This document shows, one piece after another, positions 49,684 through 63,682 of a DNA stretch of 64,000 nt. The notes beneath the pieces were generated by a model. It was not told where the DNA came from. It ran no database searches and saw nothing but the letters and a program-made list of their open reading frames with translations. Source of the DNA: Phallusia mammillata (Eukaryota). The position numbers and the translations under genes are program-made. The stretch lies in NCBI GenBank assembly GCA_965637545.1, contig OZ281494.1, forward strand, positions 3,968,001-4,032,000, written 5' to 3'. The first letter of the stretch is position 1; each line of letters begins with the position of its first letter.

Positions 49684-52600
49684 ATGAGCTTCTTTGTTTC
49701 TCTACTTGTGGTGCTGGCCGTCGTCTGCTTCAAACCAAGTTTGCAAGGTAAACTTAGACGTATTTTTTCTTGTATACCTTATGTAAACCTAACATACAGA
49801 ACCAGTTTACTTGCGGTGAGTGCAGAGTTGCAAATCGAGTCGTTGTTTTGCGTTTCATTTTGAATAAAACAGATTTGATTCTATCAATTCTTTCGGGTCT
49901 GACTTTTCATTATCATTTTTGTCGTACCTTTTTTTAAAATTTCAACCAAGTTTACAACATGTGAATTTACCTTATCAGCAGTGTGCCAAATTTGGTGATG
50001 TGTCTTATTGGAATTAATTAATAGAAGAAAAGTTTGTGCCTGGGAATTAGGCGTTTGCCAACCCTCTATAGAGGTGACGGCCGTATTAAGCGTTTAATTG
50101 AATTGCATTTAAAGATTAAGTAGTGTAAGAGATATTCAACCTTTGTTAACACATTGTTTTCGAAGATATAATTAAGTTATAGTAGTCCCAGAAAATTGGT
50201 GCAAAACCAAACATCTAATAGGTTTCTTGGTATAGCGGCTTTTTGATTGTTTGTTGTTAGTGAAGTGCGCTACTTATCTCCTAAATTATCTCCAGTTAGC
50301 TCCCTTTAACCTACTATTATTTTATTTTTTAGCTAAAGAAATCGACATTGTGTTTTTGGTGGACAGTACTATAGTACTGGTATACCACAATAACAACTTC
50401 TCAGTTTGCAACATACAAGAATGCTTTTGTAACAATGGCTGATGCCCTTGCACTGGGTTTTGCCAAAAACTTTTTGCAAGTCGCTATTCTTCAGTACGGA
50501 ACCAACAATTCAAGAAGGTAAATGTATTTTGTGAACCAAAAGCGTTGTTCGACCATCGAAAAGTCCTAAGTAGAACGTGGCGATTGAAACAATAGAAAAT
50601 GTTTAAAGGGGGCAATTTTAAGAGCTTTTATTTGAAGATTGTAGATTTTTGTACGTTGTTGTCCACGTATAAAAGATGAAAAATGACTAGTTTCACTATC
50701 CAGGAATTCCATTTTCGATGCTTGTTATATTCCAAATTATTTAAAAGCATTTTTACATGTTTAATGAAGAAAACAGGCATTTTAAGTCGGAAAAAAACGC
50801 TTATGCTCTAACGATGTTGTACATAAGGTACCTAATATTTGTTCGCTTCATTTGCTCATGAACGTTTTAGTCTCGATTTTATGTATTGCATTAAAACATG
50901 CCGGTAATTTTGGATGTTGACAAGATTTCCAAGTAAATAAATAAGTTGGTGGCTGTTAAAGCTGATAATAGTTACTTTCTAAAAGTTACTTTCTTTATTC
51001 TCAAACGCATGTAGTTATAACCAATAAGTTTCGAAGTGCCAAACGGTTTTGTAATAACATGGAAAAAATACACAGACTCAATGTAATGTTTTTGACATGA
51101 AACACTCTTTATATTTGTTTTTGACAGGCTTGAATACACCGACAACAAGTCTTATCACAACCCTACCACTCTTGGTGATTGCACTACAGTCCATTGTATT
51201 AAAGATGCTGTAAACAATGGTATGGTTCAGCCTTTTGGGACAAACGCTTTTACCGCAACCGCTATCGAGAGAGCTGTCTAAGTAAGGCGTTGTTTCAACA
51301 GGAATAAACGGCAAAAGCTCTTAACTTTAAAACTCTGTATAGATCGACTTCAACAACTCAGTTAACGCCGCAACTTCCAACAAATTTCTGATACTTACAA
51401 CATACCGGAGAGCAGACCCTTTTCAGTTGCATGGCAGGCGAGCATTTAGTGTGATGTTTAATTTTTATTTGTTCTTAAAAGTATTTATTTTGTTCTAGCA
51501 GAGGACTGAAAGAAAACTTTATTTGACTCCAACTCTTCCGTATCGAAAACAGTCGTAATCAATTAAACCTACAACACTTGTATTGCGTACAACAGTTACA
51601 TTTTGACATGCAGAAACAACATTACAGTGTACCCTATTGGAATTGGACAAGACGTTGTTGAAAGTGACCTTCAAGTCATTGCTAACAACGGAGTTAACAA
51701 CGACAGAGTTACACTGTTAGCCAATTTTACCACCCTTGGTGACACCCTGGTTAATATTGTATCGAAAATTATAGCAAATGCATCTACACCAGAAGGTAAC
51801 TTGTTGTTGTGATTAGTCGGTGTACGACATGTTTCTCAAATATGTTGAATCTTACGTCACTTTTTCATTAGCGCAACCACCAGACGCATAAGAAAATAAT
51901 ATTTTATAAACTAAATTATATCGGCTATGAAGTAATATTTGTTTGTCACAATCCACGTCGCTATATATAGTTCTTAACTTCAAGACCCCAGTAACCGGAT
52001 TTGGAAGCAGGCTAGGTGGTGGGGAACCAATTTAAATTTATGTTTAAACAAAACGGACTTGATACGCGCTTGTCCTTCACATTTGGGTCGTAACTTCACC
52101 GTGATTAATCCAACATTTAAACTCCCTTTGAACTTCGGTCTTTTGCCACAGGTTTTTGAGTAAATAAACTCAACCCAAAATGACCAGAGATTTTTAATGG
52201 GTTGAAATGTTCTTTCTGATATCTAATAATCTTATTATAAATTTATTATTACAAACATTGAATAAAATCATTAAGCAGAGCTCGTGAGTTTTGTTGTTCT
52301 GTGTTTATTCTTTCAGAAATACTGACCAGTTTAAAACAATAGCACAACCTTTTTTTCACTGTTTGCAGTTACGCATTGCGTTTTGCATTTGTAATTTGGC
52401 ATGGTTAAAACTATCGCTAAACTACTTACGATATTTGGTTCACCAACCTGTTATGGAATTGGTTTGTTACAGGTTCTTCATTTCTGGATCAGTTAAAAAA
52501 TGTAAATCTTGCAAGTGTGATAGAAATAGAAAACATCGAAAATCGAATTGAAAATTTTTCCCGAAATCATTTACAAACAAACGGAAGCACTTATAGCAGC

Positions 52601-54450
52601 GGAGATGCTCAACTGCACATCGTAGTTACCAACATCAACCAGGAGACATACAACACAAATCTTCAGTTGGGTTCATCTCATATCGACTTTATACTGCAAA
52701 CAAATGGAGTGAAACGAATCGTGATTGCGGTGCTTGTCTTCAAGATAAACGCAACACAAACTGCACAGACTCAACCTATAGAATCCGGTTCATTGGCTAC
52801 AACGCGGTACATAGCTACGTTCAACACAACCTACATTGCTATTGTGGGTTGGGATGCCGAAAGCTTTAAGCGCTTGCGCCGCAAAAGATCAACTACCGAA
52901 GAAATGAACGGTCAACTGACAGGAAAAGCAAGCCTCCAATTACCACCCCAATCACAAGCAACCGTCTGCAATCTGATCAAAGCGGGAAATATATCCCAAG
53001 AAAACCAGAAGATTAAAAAATTGGAACCAATCTGTCTCTTCTTCGACAAAGTGGAAAGAAAATACTCGGATCGTGGTTGCGTAACAATCACAGATAACGT
53101 AACAGGTAACATCACTTGCAAGTGCAACCATCTCACCCTTTTCACTGTTCTACTGGCTGTAGAATCCACCACCATACCAAAGGGCGTCAAGGTAAAGATT
53201 TGAATGTGAACTTTAACAAATGGCTAACAAAATAAACAACACGTTGTTGCAGATCACATCTTACGCCACAGAATCAACTTCAGTCGTGTTTCTGATTGCC
53301 GCCATAATAATCCTCTACAAGTCGAAACACAGCGGAGATCGGGTTCCGGTTCAAATCAGCTTGTCAATGGCTCTTCTGCTCTTTCACGCTGTCAACATAT
53401 CACATGATCTTGTCGTGATGCATGAGATTCCATGCGTGATTCACACAGCAGCAAACCAATATCTTTTGCTGTCTTCAGGTATACAGTACAAAATAACAGG
53501 GCAATTGAAATTTTAAGCATTGGTTTATATTCTGTGATTTGGCGCGAATGTTTTGTTTCAGGAGTATGGTTCCTACTTGAAGGAATTCGTCTCTTCATGG
53601 CAACTTCGTTTCCAGTCAAATTCCGAACCCAAAATCCGTCAAACCGTTTAAAAATCTTCATGGTCATTGGTTGGATTGTTCCAGTTATTGTAGTGGGATT
53701 ATCCTTTTCTGTGGGATTTCCTCTCGACATCTACATGAAGCCCCAACCATTGTACGAGCAATGTAACGAATTTATTAAGGTTCCAAAGTACGACAGATGC
53801 TGGTTGGCTCCGGGTACTCCGATCTTCTACTCCACGGTCGTCGCTCCTCTTGCTCTCGTCCTCTTAACCAACTTCATGATCATCCTGAAGACAACACATG
53901 TGATGCTGCACTCGAGGAAGATGCGGAACAGAGGAGAAGATCCAGGGACAGGAGATGCGTTGAGAGCAGCGAAGTCTTTTATCTTACTCTTCTTTATGCT
54001 TGGTGGAACTTGGGTTTTGGCGTTTTTCACAGGTACTATTTGTGCGTTTGTTACTTTTATATTTTTGAACGTTTTTATTTTCATAAGTTGCATCAATGCA
54101 AGGGATTTCGAAGGCTACTGTTTCACAAACTCATTACATTTGCAGGAATCGGGAACGAGATTTCGAACGAGGTGTTTATGTACATTCACAGCTTGGTGAA
54201 CGGATTGCAGGGATTCGTCGTCTTCCTGCTGTACTGCGTCATGGATGACGACACCAGACAGGAAATGCTGACGTGTAAGCGTGAAGCTGATGTTGGATCG
54301 AAGCAGCAGAAAAACGATGCTAAACCAAACAAAGGTGAAAGTTCAAATGCAGAAGGGGGTGAAAGTTCAAACGCTGAAGAAGGTGAAAGTTTAAACGCAC
54401 AAGGAGGTGAAATTTCAAATGCAAAAGGAGATGAAAGTTTCAACAATTAG
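49684..54450 (+). pseudogene. Locus F: VWA-GAIN-7TM adhesion GPCR with a disrupted VWA module but open GAIN-7TM exons
   Basis: Exon 1 49684-49747; exon 2 50333-50517 is 185 nt vs 172 (13-nt frameshifting insertion at about 50371); exon 3 51128-51281 ends in TAA (AAA in paralogs); exon 4 donor is GC (51438). The GAIN exon from 52473 and the 7TM exons are open to the stop at 54450. Confidence 0.85.
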
Positions 54451-54774
54451 TTGCGGCTAAAACATCATTTTTTGCGACAGTGGTTTTAAATTTCCGATGT
54501 TATATAACATTCACTCGCGCGCCAACAGGATCAACATAAAAACTACAATAGCTATCGTCGAGCTTTCGCACTTCTAGACATCTCTACAGTGATTTTTTTG
54601 AGCAAATTTCCTTTGGTTGATTACCCTGTGTAATGTTGCTCCAACCGATTCGTCGAAACGTCGCCTATCGGTGAACATATAATCGTCGGTTAAACAAAAC
54701 AAAAGTTTAACAAGAACGTTGGTTAGGTCACAAGTGTTGCACATTTTGTAGCTGACATAACTAACACATCTTGT

Positions 54775-55241
54775 GTCCGCGGGCCGGATCTGGCCCTCGA
54801 GGTCATTTCATCCGGCCCGCGACCACATTTTTTGGTTTGCCAAATCGTGTTGATAACTTTGTAACATTCAAAAATTAATCTACTCCTTACGAAAGTTTTC
54901 CTGTCGCGATATGTAGAATTGATATTACCTAGTTTCATAGGAATACAACTCTCAAGATTGATCCAAAGCCGGTTTGTTACGTCACAAATTGGACTACAAG
55001 TGTTAATTGTGTGCAAACAATTGCCTTATTTTGTTAGTTGTGACGTAATATACAAGCATTGCTCGTATGATGAGACCAGCTGTACAGTTTAACAGTCGCA
55101 TTACCAGATTTTGAATTAGATTGTGGAAAGACCATCTCTTGGTGCCCCTATAGAAATCGCTGGGGCATGTAAACTATGCGGCCCGCGCGAATCAATTTTA
55201 AACTTATCCGGCCCGCAGTGTAAAAAGTTTGGTGACCCCTG
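54775..55241. mobile_element. hAT-type MITE, left end eroded
   Basis: GGCCCGCG-type subterminal motifs at both ends and right TIR AAGTTTGGTGACCCCTG ending at 55241. Confidence 0.6.
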
Positions 55242-56236
55242 GTTTATATCATAGCTCCTCTTATATCACCGATGTTGTGTTGTTATCACATTACATGCCG
55301 TTTGACCCATTATACTGAGAACGACTACATTGATATAATGTTACATAAGCGTGATAATAAATGAGCAAATGTGTGTTAAACTACTGACGAAGTTAAAAAA
55401 AAACGTCTGTTTCTATTAGGCAACTGATTGTTTTTAAAAGAATCCAATCAATGCGGCGCTTTCCAACATTTTGTAAAGTGCCTCAATTAACAACATAATA
55501 CCCAACTAACCAAAGCCAATCTATAGTGTATAAGCAAACATCACTTAACACGCGGCTTTACATTGACATCTCGGCTCAATGGAAGAAAATTCTGTTTTAC
55601 AAACCACATAATGGATCAGTGGAAAGAAAACTACTTTCGTGTCGTTTAATCTTAAGTTCTTTTGTGGTGGCATTTTCAGTTTATACCACAGGGCTAGCGT
55701 GCTTTGGAGAAGGTTGTTTTCTACTAGGTATATGGTTTAGCATTCCAGCAGCCCGTCAACATTTCTGAATTAAAAAAAATGTGTTACTACAGGCAACTGT
55801 TTGTTTTTAACCAATCCAATCAACACAGCAATCCTCAATCTTTCATTAGCAATTCCTCACTTAACATTTTAAACATTTTTATCTCGATCAAGATTTGTTC
55901 AATTCTGTATGTGGGGCAGGCGCGCATGACCATTCGGCCTTTTGGGGCTGGTTCGGTTCATCAAAAAATTACAATGACAGGCAACCGCCACAGACCTGTT
56001 TTTGTTTTCAAATTTGTCTGCCGCTTGACGACGCTAGTGCACAAAATTACATCATCTTGTGTTGAACGAAGGTGAATCATCCAAGATGCTAAATTTTGAC
56101 GTAACAACATGATGAGATTTGCACTTGCGTTCACGAATCGGTCAAGTCTTTCAAAACATTGCTGATTTGCACAAAAGGTGTTATTTTGTTTAACAAAGTC
56201 TTGTAACTTTTGTACTCACCTAACATTGTTCTAGGG

Positions 56237-56477
56237 CAGTGGTTCTTTGCCTTTTTTTATATCGGAAAAGCCAAAAAAACAATCATATAAAAGTATATAT
56301 TTGCAAACACTGTCGTGTCAATTCTAAATCAATATGTTGTGTGAGTTACTATTCTAAACTGAGGATACGGGGAAAGTTTGAATAAAATGTTTCCGAGATG
56401 GGTTGCGTCTTCGCGACTCTCTCAAACCTACATGGCGACCCCTTTGAGGGTCGCGACCCCCAGGTTTAGAGACACTG
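56237..56477. mobile_element. hAT MITE, same family and same insertion site as 2109-2521
   Basis: The reverse complement aligns to the 2109 element (GGTCGCGACC..CAAAGGGGT..TCGCGAAGACGCAA..TTTTATTCAAACTTTCCC) and has the same flank CCCTAGAACAATGTTAGGTGAGTACAA. Confidence 0.8.
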
Positions 56478-57251
56478 TTCAGTGGGATAAATGTGTGCAC
56501 TCGGTATGACTGAAGACACAAAAATTGAATCATCAAGATATTAGCCTAAGGTAAACCGTTTCAGCCCAAATACCAGGTTGGAGAAATCAAGCATGGTGCA
56601 ATAAACCAGTGAGTATTACTGAACATGCGCTTCATTTACCGGGTTTGAAATTTAACAACGTTCCTCATACATTGGTGGAAGTTACACAAATCGTTTTTAA
56701 GTAAAGAACTCATGTTTTTCACAAAGTTTCGCTCACGACCACGAAGTGCACCATCACAGAAAAAGCGAGTATGGAAAGAAGTTGGTAAAATAAGTTGCCG
56801 AACTCATTTGTTGACTTTAATTAAAATGCCTCAAAGCTTTTTTGTAACAATCAATTTCGTATTAACTTAGTAACAAGCTCCTGAAGACATACATATAAAA
56901 ATATGTGGATTTTGCCAACTGTGGAGAACTGATAATAAGAATCAGCGTTTTTCATACAGCCTGTTGCTTTCGTGCTTGTATATAGCTACTGGTTGGTGTC
57001 GGTGTGGTCAGATTAATATAGAATGACGCGATGCAAGGTGATATGGAGGTGAATAGTTTAAGAAATTTGTGGATCTGACAGGTCAAGTACACGCCGAATG
57101 CTGTCATTGGTTTTAAGTGATTTTGAAGAAACAAATTATAATTACGTCTAATTTGACCACAATTTTAAAACATATTTAGGTTTTTTACAAAATCTGGTGG
57201 TTCAGTGTTGGAAAATCGTAATATTCTGCAGAAAGCAATAAGTTGACAAAA

Positions 57252-60200
57252 ATGAGCTGTTATGTTTCTCTACTTGTGGTGCTGGCCGTCGTCTGCTTCA
57301 AACCAAGTTTGCAAGGTAAACTCGGCCATGGCGTTACTTCTATACCTTATGTGAACTTAACAAACACAACCAGTTTATGTTTTGATGGCAACATAATAGT
57401 GCCTTCTGGTGGGTGCAGAGTTAAATCGGGCCAGGTTTTCGAGTTTAAGTTTGAATAAAACAGGTTTAATTGTGGTTTGAATTCTCACTATCATTGGTGA
57501 CGTATTTCCCCCAATTTCGGCCCAGTTTGCAACATGTGAATTTCCTTTAAAATATGTGTTTGTTGACGAATTCAAATAAATTTATGTGGCACAATTCAAT
57601 TAAAAGAAGGAACATTTGCGCCTGGGAAAAATATCGTCATTTTAGTCTTAAATTGAATTGCTATTCAAGATTACAAAATAATGTAAGGGATGTTCTACCC
57701 AGAGTTGTAAAACAATCTTACTTTTTGAATAAATTTAATAGCCAGTTGCTGGACCTGACCTAATGTCAAACAGCCCTACAACACATTCATTAAGACCGAT
57801 TGCCTCTTGTTTTTGTTGTCTTGGTCTTTTTTGAGGCTTCAATGCATATGCCTGTCAATCAAACTTTCGGGCTTAAACGGGGTTCTTAAAAACGACTCGG
57901 GTTCGGCCCGGATTTCGGGTTTGTACTTTTGGGTTCGGGTCGCATTCGGGCTCCAATTTCAGGCGCGTTTATAACTCGGGTTCAATCTTTGTTAACTCAT
58001 TGTGTGGAAGATTAAAGTAGTCCCAGAAAACTGCTACCAATCCAAACAAGTTTCTTAGTATATCGGCTTTGTTATTGTTACGTTGCTAGTGGAGTGCCCT
58101 TCTTGTCCCCAATTTATCCCCACTTAGCAGTCTTTGACCTTATGTTTTGTTTTCAGCCCAAGAAATTGATATTGTGTTTTTGGTGGATAGTTATTTATTT
58201 CCTTATGCACGATATCAAAATGCTTTTGTAACAATGGCTGATGCTCTAGCACCGGGTTTTTCCCAAAACTCACTGCAAGTTGCTATTCTACTGTATGGAT
58301 CCAACGATAGAAATGGGTAAATGCATTTTGTGAACAAAAACGTTGTTCTGTCAGCTAAGTTCTACGCGATGTATTAATAACAAATGTTTTTACAGTTTTT
58401 TTTGTTTTTTTGAAAGCATTATGTTTAGTTATTTGTAAGAAACATGACGTTTCAGTTGGAAAAATGCACTCATGTAATAAACGTTGCTGACACCTGATGT
58501 TTGTTTACCTCAATTGCTCCAGTTTTTAGTCTCTTTCTTTTTTGCCTAATAATAAAACATACTGAAAATCAGTTTTAAAAATCATAGACAAAATATTTCA
58601 ACATAACCTGCAAGAAAAATACAACGACTTAATATAAATTTTTACGACACAAATACTTTCCATATTTTTATTTGACAGTCCTGACTACAGCGACAACGGC
58701 TTTTATTACAACCCTACCACTCTTGGAAATTGCACCACAGTCCAATGTATCAAAGATGCTGTAAACAATAGTGTGAGTTGGGATTATTGGAAAATCTCTT
58801 TTATCGCAACCGCCATCGAGAGAGCTGTCAAAGTAAGGTGTTGTTTTAACATAAATAAAAGCAAAAGCTCTTAACTTTCTTCTTATAGATCGACTTCAAC
58901 AACTCAGCCAACGCCGCAACTGCCAAAAAATTTCTGATTCTTACAACATACCGTTGGGCAGCAGACCATTCTCTTTTGCCTACCAGGTTAGCGTTTAGTG
59001 TGACGACCAATCTTATTTTTTGTTTTTAAATGTCTTTTTTTTGCTTTATTCGTATCCTTATCGTTTCTATGGCACCCACACAGATGCGTTTCAATCTTTT
59101 TCTCGAAAATGCCCAGATTATTATTTCAAGTGTAAGCCCAGTTTCATTGTAACAGCCATTTATCTTTTTGACAAGATGATGTTACAGATAGATTTTTGAC
59201 TTTTCGATTTTTGACAGACTTTTTGACAAATATGTTAAAATTAATTTCCAAAACAAAGATTTCAGATTGTCTTCATAAACGGGGCAATGCAGAAAATTTT
59301 TGTTAGTTTTTGTTTTGCAACCTCTTACCAACAACAGCTAAAACCAGTTAAGCTACATCGCATCTATTGTTTGTTATAGTTACGAGTTGACGAGCAGCAA
59401 CAACATTACAGTGTACGCCATTGGAATCGGACCTCAAATACCTAAAAGTGAGCTTCAAACTATTGCCAACAACGGAACTGGCAACGACAGAGTTACGCTG
59501 TTGAACAATTTTACTACCCTTAGTGACATCCTGGTTAACATCGTATCAAAAATTATACCAAATGTATCTATACCAGAAGGTAACTTCTTGTTGTTATTAG
59601 TCGGTGTACGACGTGTTTCTCTAATAAGTTGAATCTTGCGCCCGTTTGTCTTTACGTAATTGCTTATATATAAGCTAGCTGTAACCGGTACAAGATCAAT
59701 AGAAATCTTTATTTGTTACAACCCACATTGAATTGTTTAGTTCTTAAAGTCAAGACCCCAAATGGATTTGGAAACAATCAAGGTAGTGGGGAACCCGATT
59801 AAATTTATGTTCAAACAAAACGGGCTTGTTTCAGACCGGCCGTCCACATTTGGGTCCAAACTTCACCGTGATTAATTTAACATTTAAACCTATTTTGGTC
59901 ATTAGCCACAAGTTAATAAACTCGACCCACAATGGCCAGAGATTTTTAATGGTTTGGAAAGTTGTTGTTGTGGTTGTAGACTGATCCAATTCACTGACCA
60001 ATTCAAAAATATTCCAAAAGCCTGTAACGTCTTGCGTTTTTCACTGTTTGCAATCATGCGTTACGTTTTGCTTTTGCAATTTTTTGGATGGTTAAACATG
60101 TCAAGGGAGCGCGAAAATCCTTAAAATATCTGATTTATTAACCTGTCATGGAAATGTTTTGTTACAGATCCTTCATTTCTGGATCAGTTGAGAAATCTAA

Positions 60201-61981
60201 ATCGTGCAAGTGAGATGGAAATAGAAAACATCGAAAATCGAATTGAACATTTTTCCCGAAATCATTTACAAACAAACGGAACCACCTATAGTAGCGGAGA
60301 TGCTCAACTGCACATCGTAGTTACCAACATCAACCAGGAGACATACAACTCAAATCTTCAGCTGGGATCATCTCACATCGACTTTACACTGCAAACCAAG
60401 GGAGTTACACGAATCGTGATTGCGGTGATTGTCTTCAAGATAAACACAACACAAACTACACAGACTCAACCGGTCGAATCGGTTTCATTGGCCGCAACGC
60501 GATACATAGCTACGTTCAACACAACCTACATTTCTATTGTGGGTTGGGATGCCGATAGCTTCAAGCGATTAACTACCGATGAAATAAACAATCAGTTGCC
60601 AGGAAACGCAAGTTTCGTCATAACCCCATCATCACCAGAAACCATCTGCAAGCTGATCAAGGCGGGAAATATATCCCTTAAAAACCAGAAGATAAAAAAA
60701 ATGGAACCAATCTGTCTCTTCTTCGACAGAGTGGAACGAAAATACTCGGATCGTGGTTGCATCACAATAACTGATGACGTAACAGGCAACGTCACTTGCA
60801 AGTGCAACCATCTCACCTTGTTCACTGTTCTACTGGCTGTAGAATCCATCACCATACCAAAGGAAGTTAAGGTAAATATTTAAATGCGAACTTTTAAACA
60901 AGTGCTCACATTCATGCAACATTTTCATTCCAGATAACATCTTACGCCACAGAATCAACTTCAGTCGTATTTCTGATCGCAACCATAGTAATCCTCTGCA
61001 GGTCGAAACACAGCGGAGATCGGGTTCCGGTTCAAATCAGCTTGTCATTGGTTCTTCTGCTTTTCCACGCTGTCAACATATCACATGATCTTGCCGTGAT
61101 GCATGAGATTCCATGCGTGATTCAAACAGCAGCCAATCAATATCTTTTGCTGTCTTCAGGTATATAAAGTAATAGGACAATTTAAGTTCCAAGCATTGAT
61201 TTATATTATGTGATCTGGCACAATTGATATTCTCAGGAATATGGTTCCTCGTTGAGGGAATTCGTCTCTTTATGGCAACTTCGTTTCCAGTCGAATTCCA
61301 AACCCAGGATTCGTCAAAGCGTCTTAAGATCTTCATGATGATTGGTTGGATTATTCCAGTGTTTCTAGTGGGAACATCCTTTGCTGTGGGGTTTCCCCTC
61401 GACATCTACATGAAGCCCCAACCATTGTACGAACAATGTAACAAATTTATTAAGGTTCCAAAATATGACAGATGCTGGTTGGCTCTCGGTACTCCGATCT
61501 TCTACTCCACGGTCGTCACTCCTCTTGCTCTCGTCCTCTTAACCAACTTCGTGATTATCCTGAAGACGACACATGTGATGCTGCACTCGAAGAAGATGCG
61601 GAACAGAGGAGAAGATCCAGGGACAGGAGATGCGTTGAGAGCAGCGAAGTCTTTTATCTTACTCTTCTTTATGCTTGGTGGAACTTGGGTTTTGGCTTTC
61701 TTCACAGGTAATATTTGTGCGTTTTTTTTGAACATTTATCTTTTCATCAGTTGAATCAATGTAAGGGATTTCGAAGGTTATGATTTCACAAACTTATTAC
61801 ATTTGCAGGAATCGGGAACGAGATTTCGAACGAGGTGTTCATGTACATTCACAGCTTGGTGAACGGATTGCAGGGAATCGTCGTCTTCCTGCTGTACTGC
61901 GTCATGGATGACGACATCAGACAGGAAATGCTGACGTGTAAGTGTGAAGCTGATGTCAGGTCTGAGCAGCAGAGAAACTAA
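57252..61981 (+). CDS. Locus G: adhesion GPCR SP-VWA-GAIN-7TM, short tail, 749 aa
   Basis: Exons 57252-57315, 58157-58316, 58679-58832, 58889-58986, 59380-59579, 60168-60871, 60934-61159, 61237-61707, 61809-61981. The exons total 2250 nt in frame. Confidence 0.88.
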
Positions 61982-62781
61982 AAAACGGTCGAGATTAAAA
62001 GAAGTAGTTGGCGATTGTGGAAATGTCAGTCGAATCAGTTTGCCCTCTTTTTCAGCTCAAGGTTTAATCCTGTTGGACATATTGTTAATTTTACTTTTAT
62101 AAATGCAACTTCTGAGCCTAACTCGCGTTCGTATAAAAACTATAGCTTCTGTCCCAATCTAATCCGAATCCAGCCTTATGTTCTTTACTAAGCGAAATAA
62201 ACTGCACCAAAAATAATCAGGTCCAAACTGTTCTTAGCAATAAGATGCAATTCAATATTTAAGTGTAAAACATTACAATGTGTTGATAGTGTCTATTGTC
62301 ATCGTATTGCAATCTTTTTAATGATGCACATTTAAAAAAACTATTACTCAAAGCTTGTGAGTTTGCTTTAAAACTTTTGCTTTGCTTTGCTTTGCTTTTT
62401 TCCTGTAAATTTCTGCGGAAAATTTATATCTGGGCTATTGATGTTATTTCATGTGTTTAGTTCGACTATGTTTTGATCAATTCATTAAAAGCTAAAACCT
62501 TAGCATGCAATAATTTTTTTGTATTTTTCCATCGGTGTTATTCGCGTTCAATTTTCATTAAGCATTGTAATGCTTCGATCTGCATGATGGAATTGCATTT
62601 TGAAATGCATTTTCCTCGTATTGTTACATGGATGCCTTACCACGTCTCTGCAAAACATGTTGACTTCCTTTTATCCAACTGTCAATTTGCAGCACTAGAA
62701 GTTAAAATTCCGGAAAATTGTTTGCAAAACTAAGAATCAATTCTTGCTTTGCTTCAATGGCGTTTATATTATTGCACTGCC

Positions 62782-62874
62782 CTCGTATCACATCACATGC
62801 ACTCGTATAACATCACATGCACTCGTATCACATTCACGTGCACTCGTATCACATTCACATGCACTCGTATCACA
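62782..62874. repeat. 21-22-bp minisatellite
   Basis: About 5 units of CTCGTATCACAT(T)CACATGCA seen directly. Confidence 0.85.
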
Positions 62875-63636
62875 CAAAAATATTCGCTGTTTTAGAGTGC
62901 TAGCGTTTTTAGATTAACGACAATTTTGGCGTTCATGACAACGTTAGAAATCTCATTTTTAAGTAAGTATCATAAAAAGCATTCCAAGGCATCAAACAAA
63001 GTTGAATTTGCAATTTAACTTTTGTATTGACAACTTTTGTGTTGCAAAGTGTGCCGAATTTGTTTTTCTAAAATTTTGTTTTTCTACTACTCCGCATGCA
63101 AAAATTTGAGAACCATTGATGTACAACATAACTTGTGAATTATTACGTCATTGTGTGCTTTGGTACGAGACTTCGTAATTTTTGCTACCAACGTAGGCGT
63201 ATGACATCACAAATCCACATTGTAACTCTCGCTGTTTGACGTTTGATGCGATGAATTTAATTTGTACTTATGATGTAACAACTTGAAGTGTATGTTGTAA
63301 TAAATCCACAGGTTATGTTTAAAGTAACGGTCAGCACAAGTTCAGCAATCTTCGGATATTGAAGGCCTCTAAGATTTAACCTTGCTTGTTATTAGAAATA
63401 TATAAGGTATATAACTTAATATTCAAAAAAAAAATTAAGACAGCGTTTAGTTTTAAGACAATAAATGTCAAAAACTATTTCTCGTTTTCATATAGGTGCA
63501 ATGTTAACATATAACTATTCATTTTGCTCATACACCAGTGTTAAAGTAACCTCTTCTGTTATTTAATAAATTATTTCGTTCAACTGGTGTAATTCTAAAC
63601 AAAATACTAATTGTTGTTTTCAAGAACTTGTATTTT

Positions 63637-63682
63637 TTGCTGACGTTTCGTCCACCAGAACGGTAGGACTTCTTCAGAGCAA
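63637..63682 (-). ncRNA. Minimal type I hammerhead ribozyme motif (Penelope-like element type)
   Basis: Minus strand reads UUGCU CUGAAGA A GUCC-UACCGUUCUGGU-GGAC GAAAC GUC AGCAA: conserved core, stem II GUCC/GGAC, short helix III with palindromic ACGU, GUC cleavage triplet and a 5-bp stem I UUGCU/AGCAA. Confidence 0.8.

Noticed and set aside
54655-54670. Other GAAACGTC motifs (also at about 42617) as possible hammerheads
   Set aside because: No upstream CUGANGA core or stem II.
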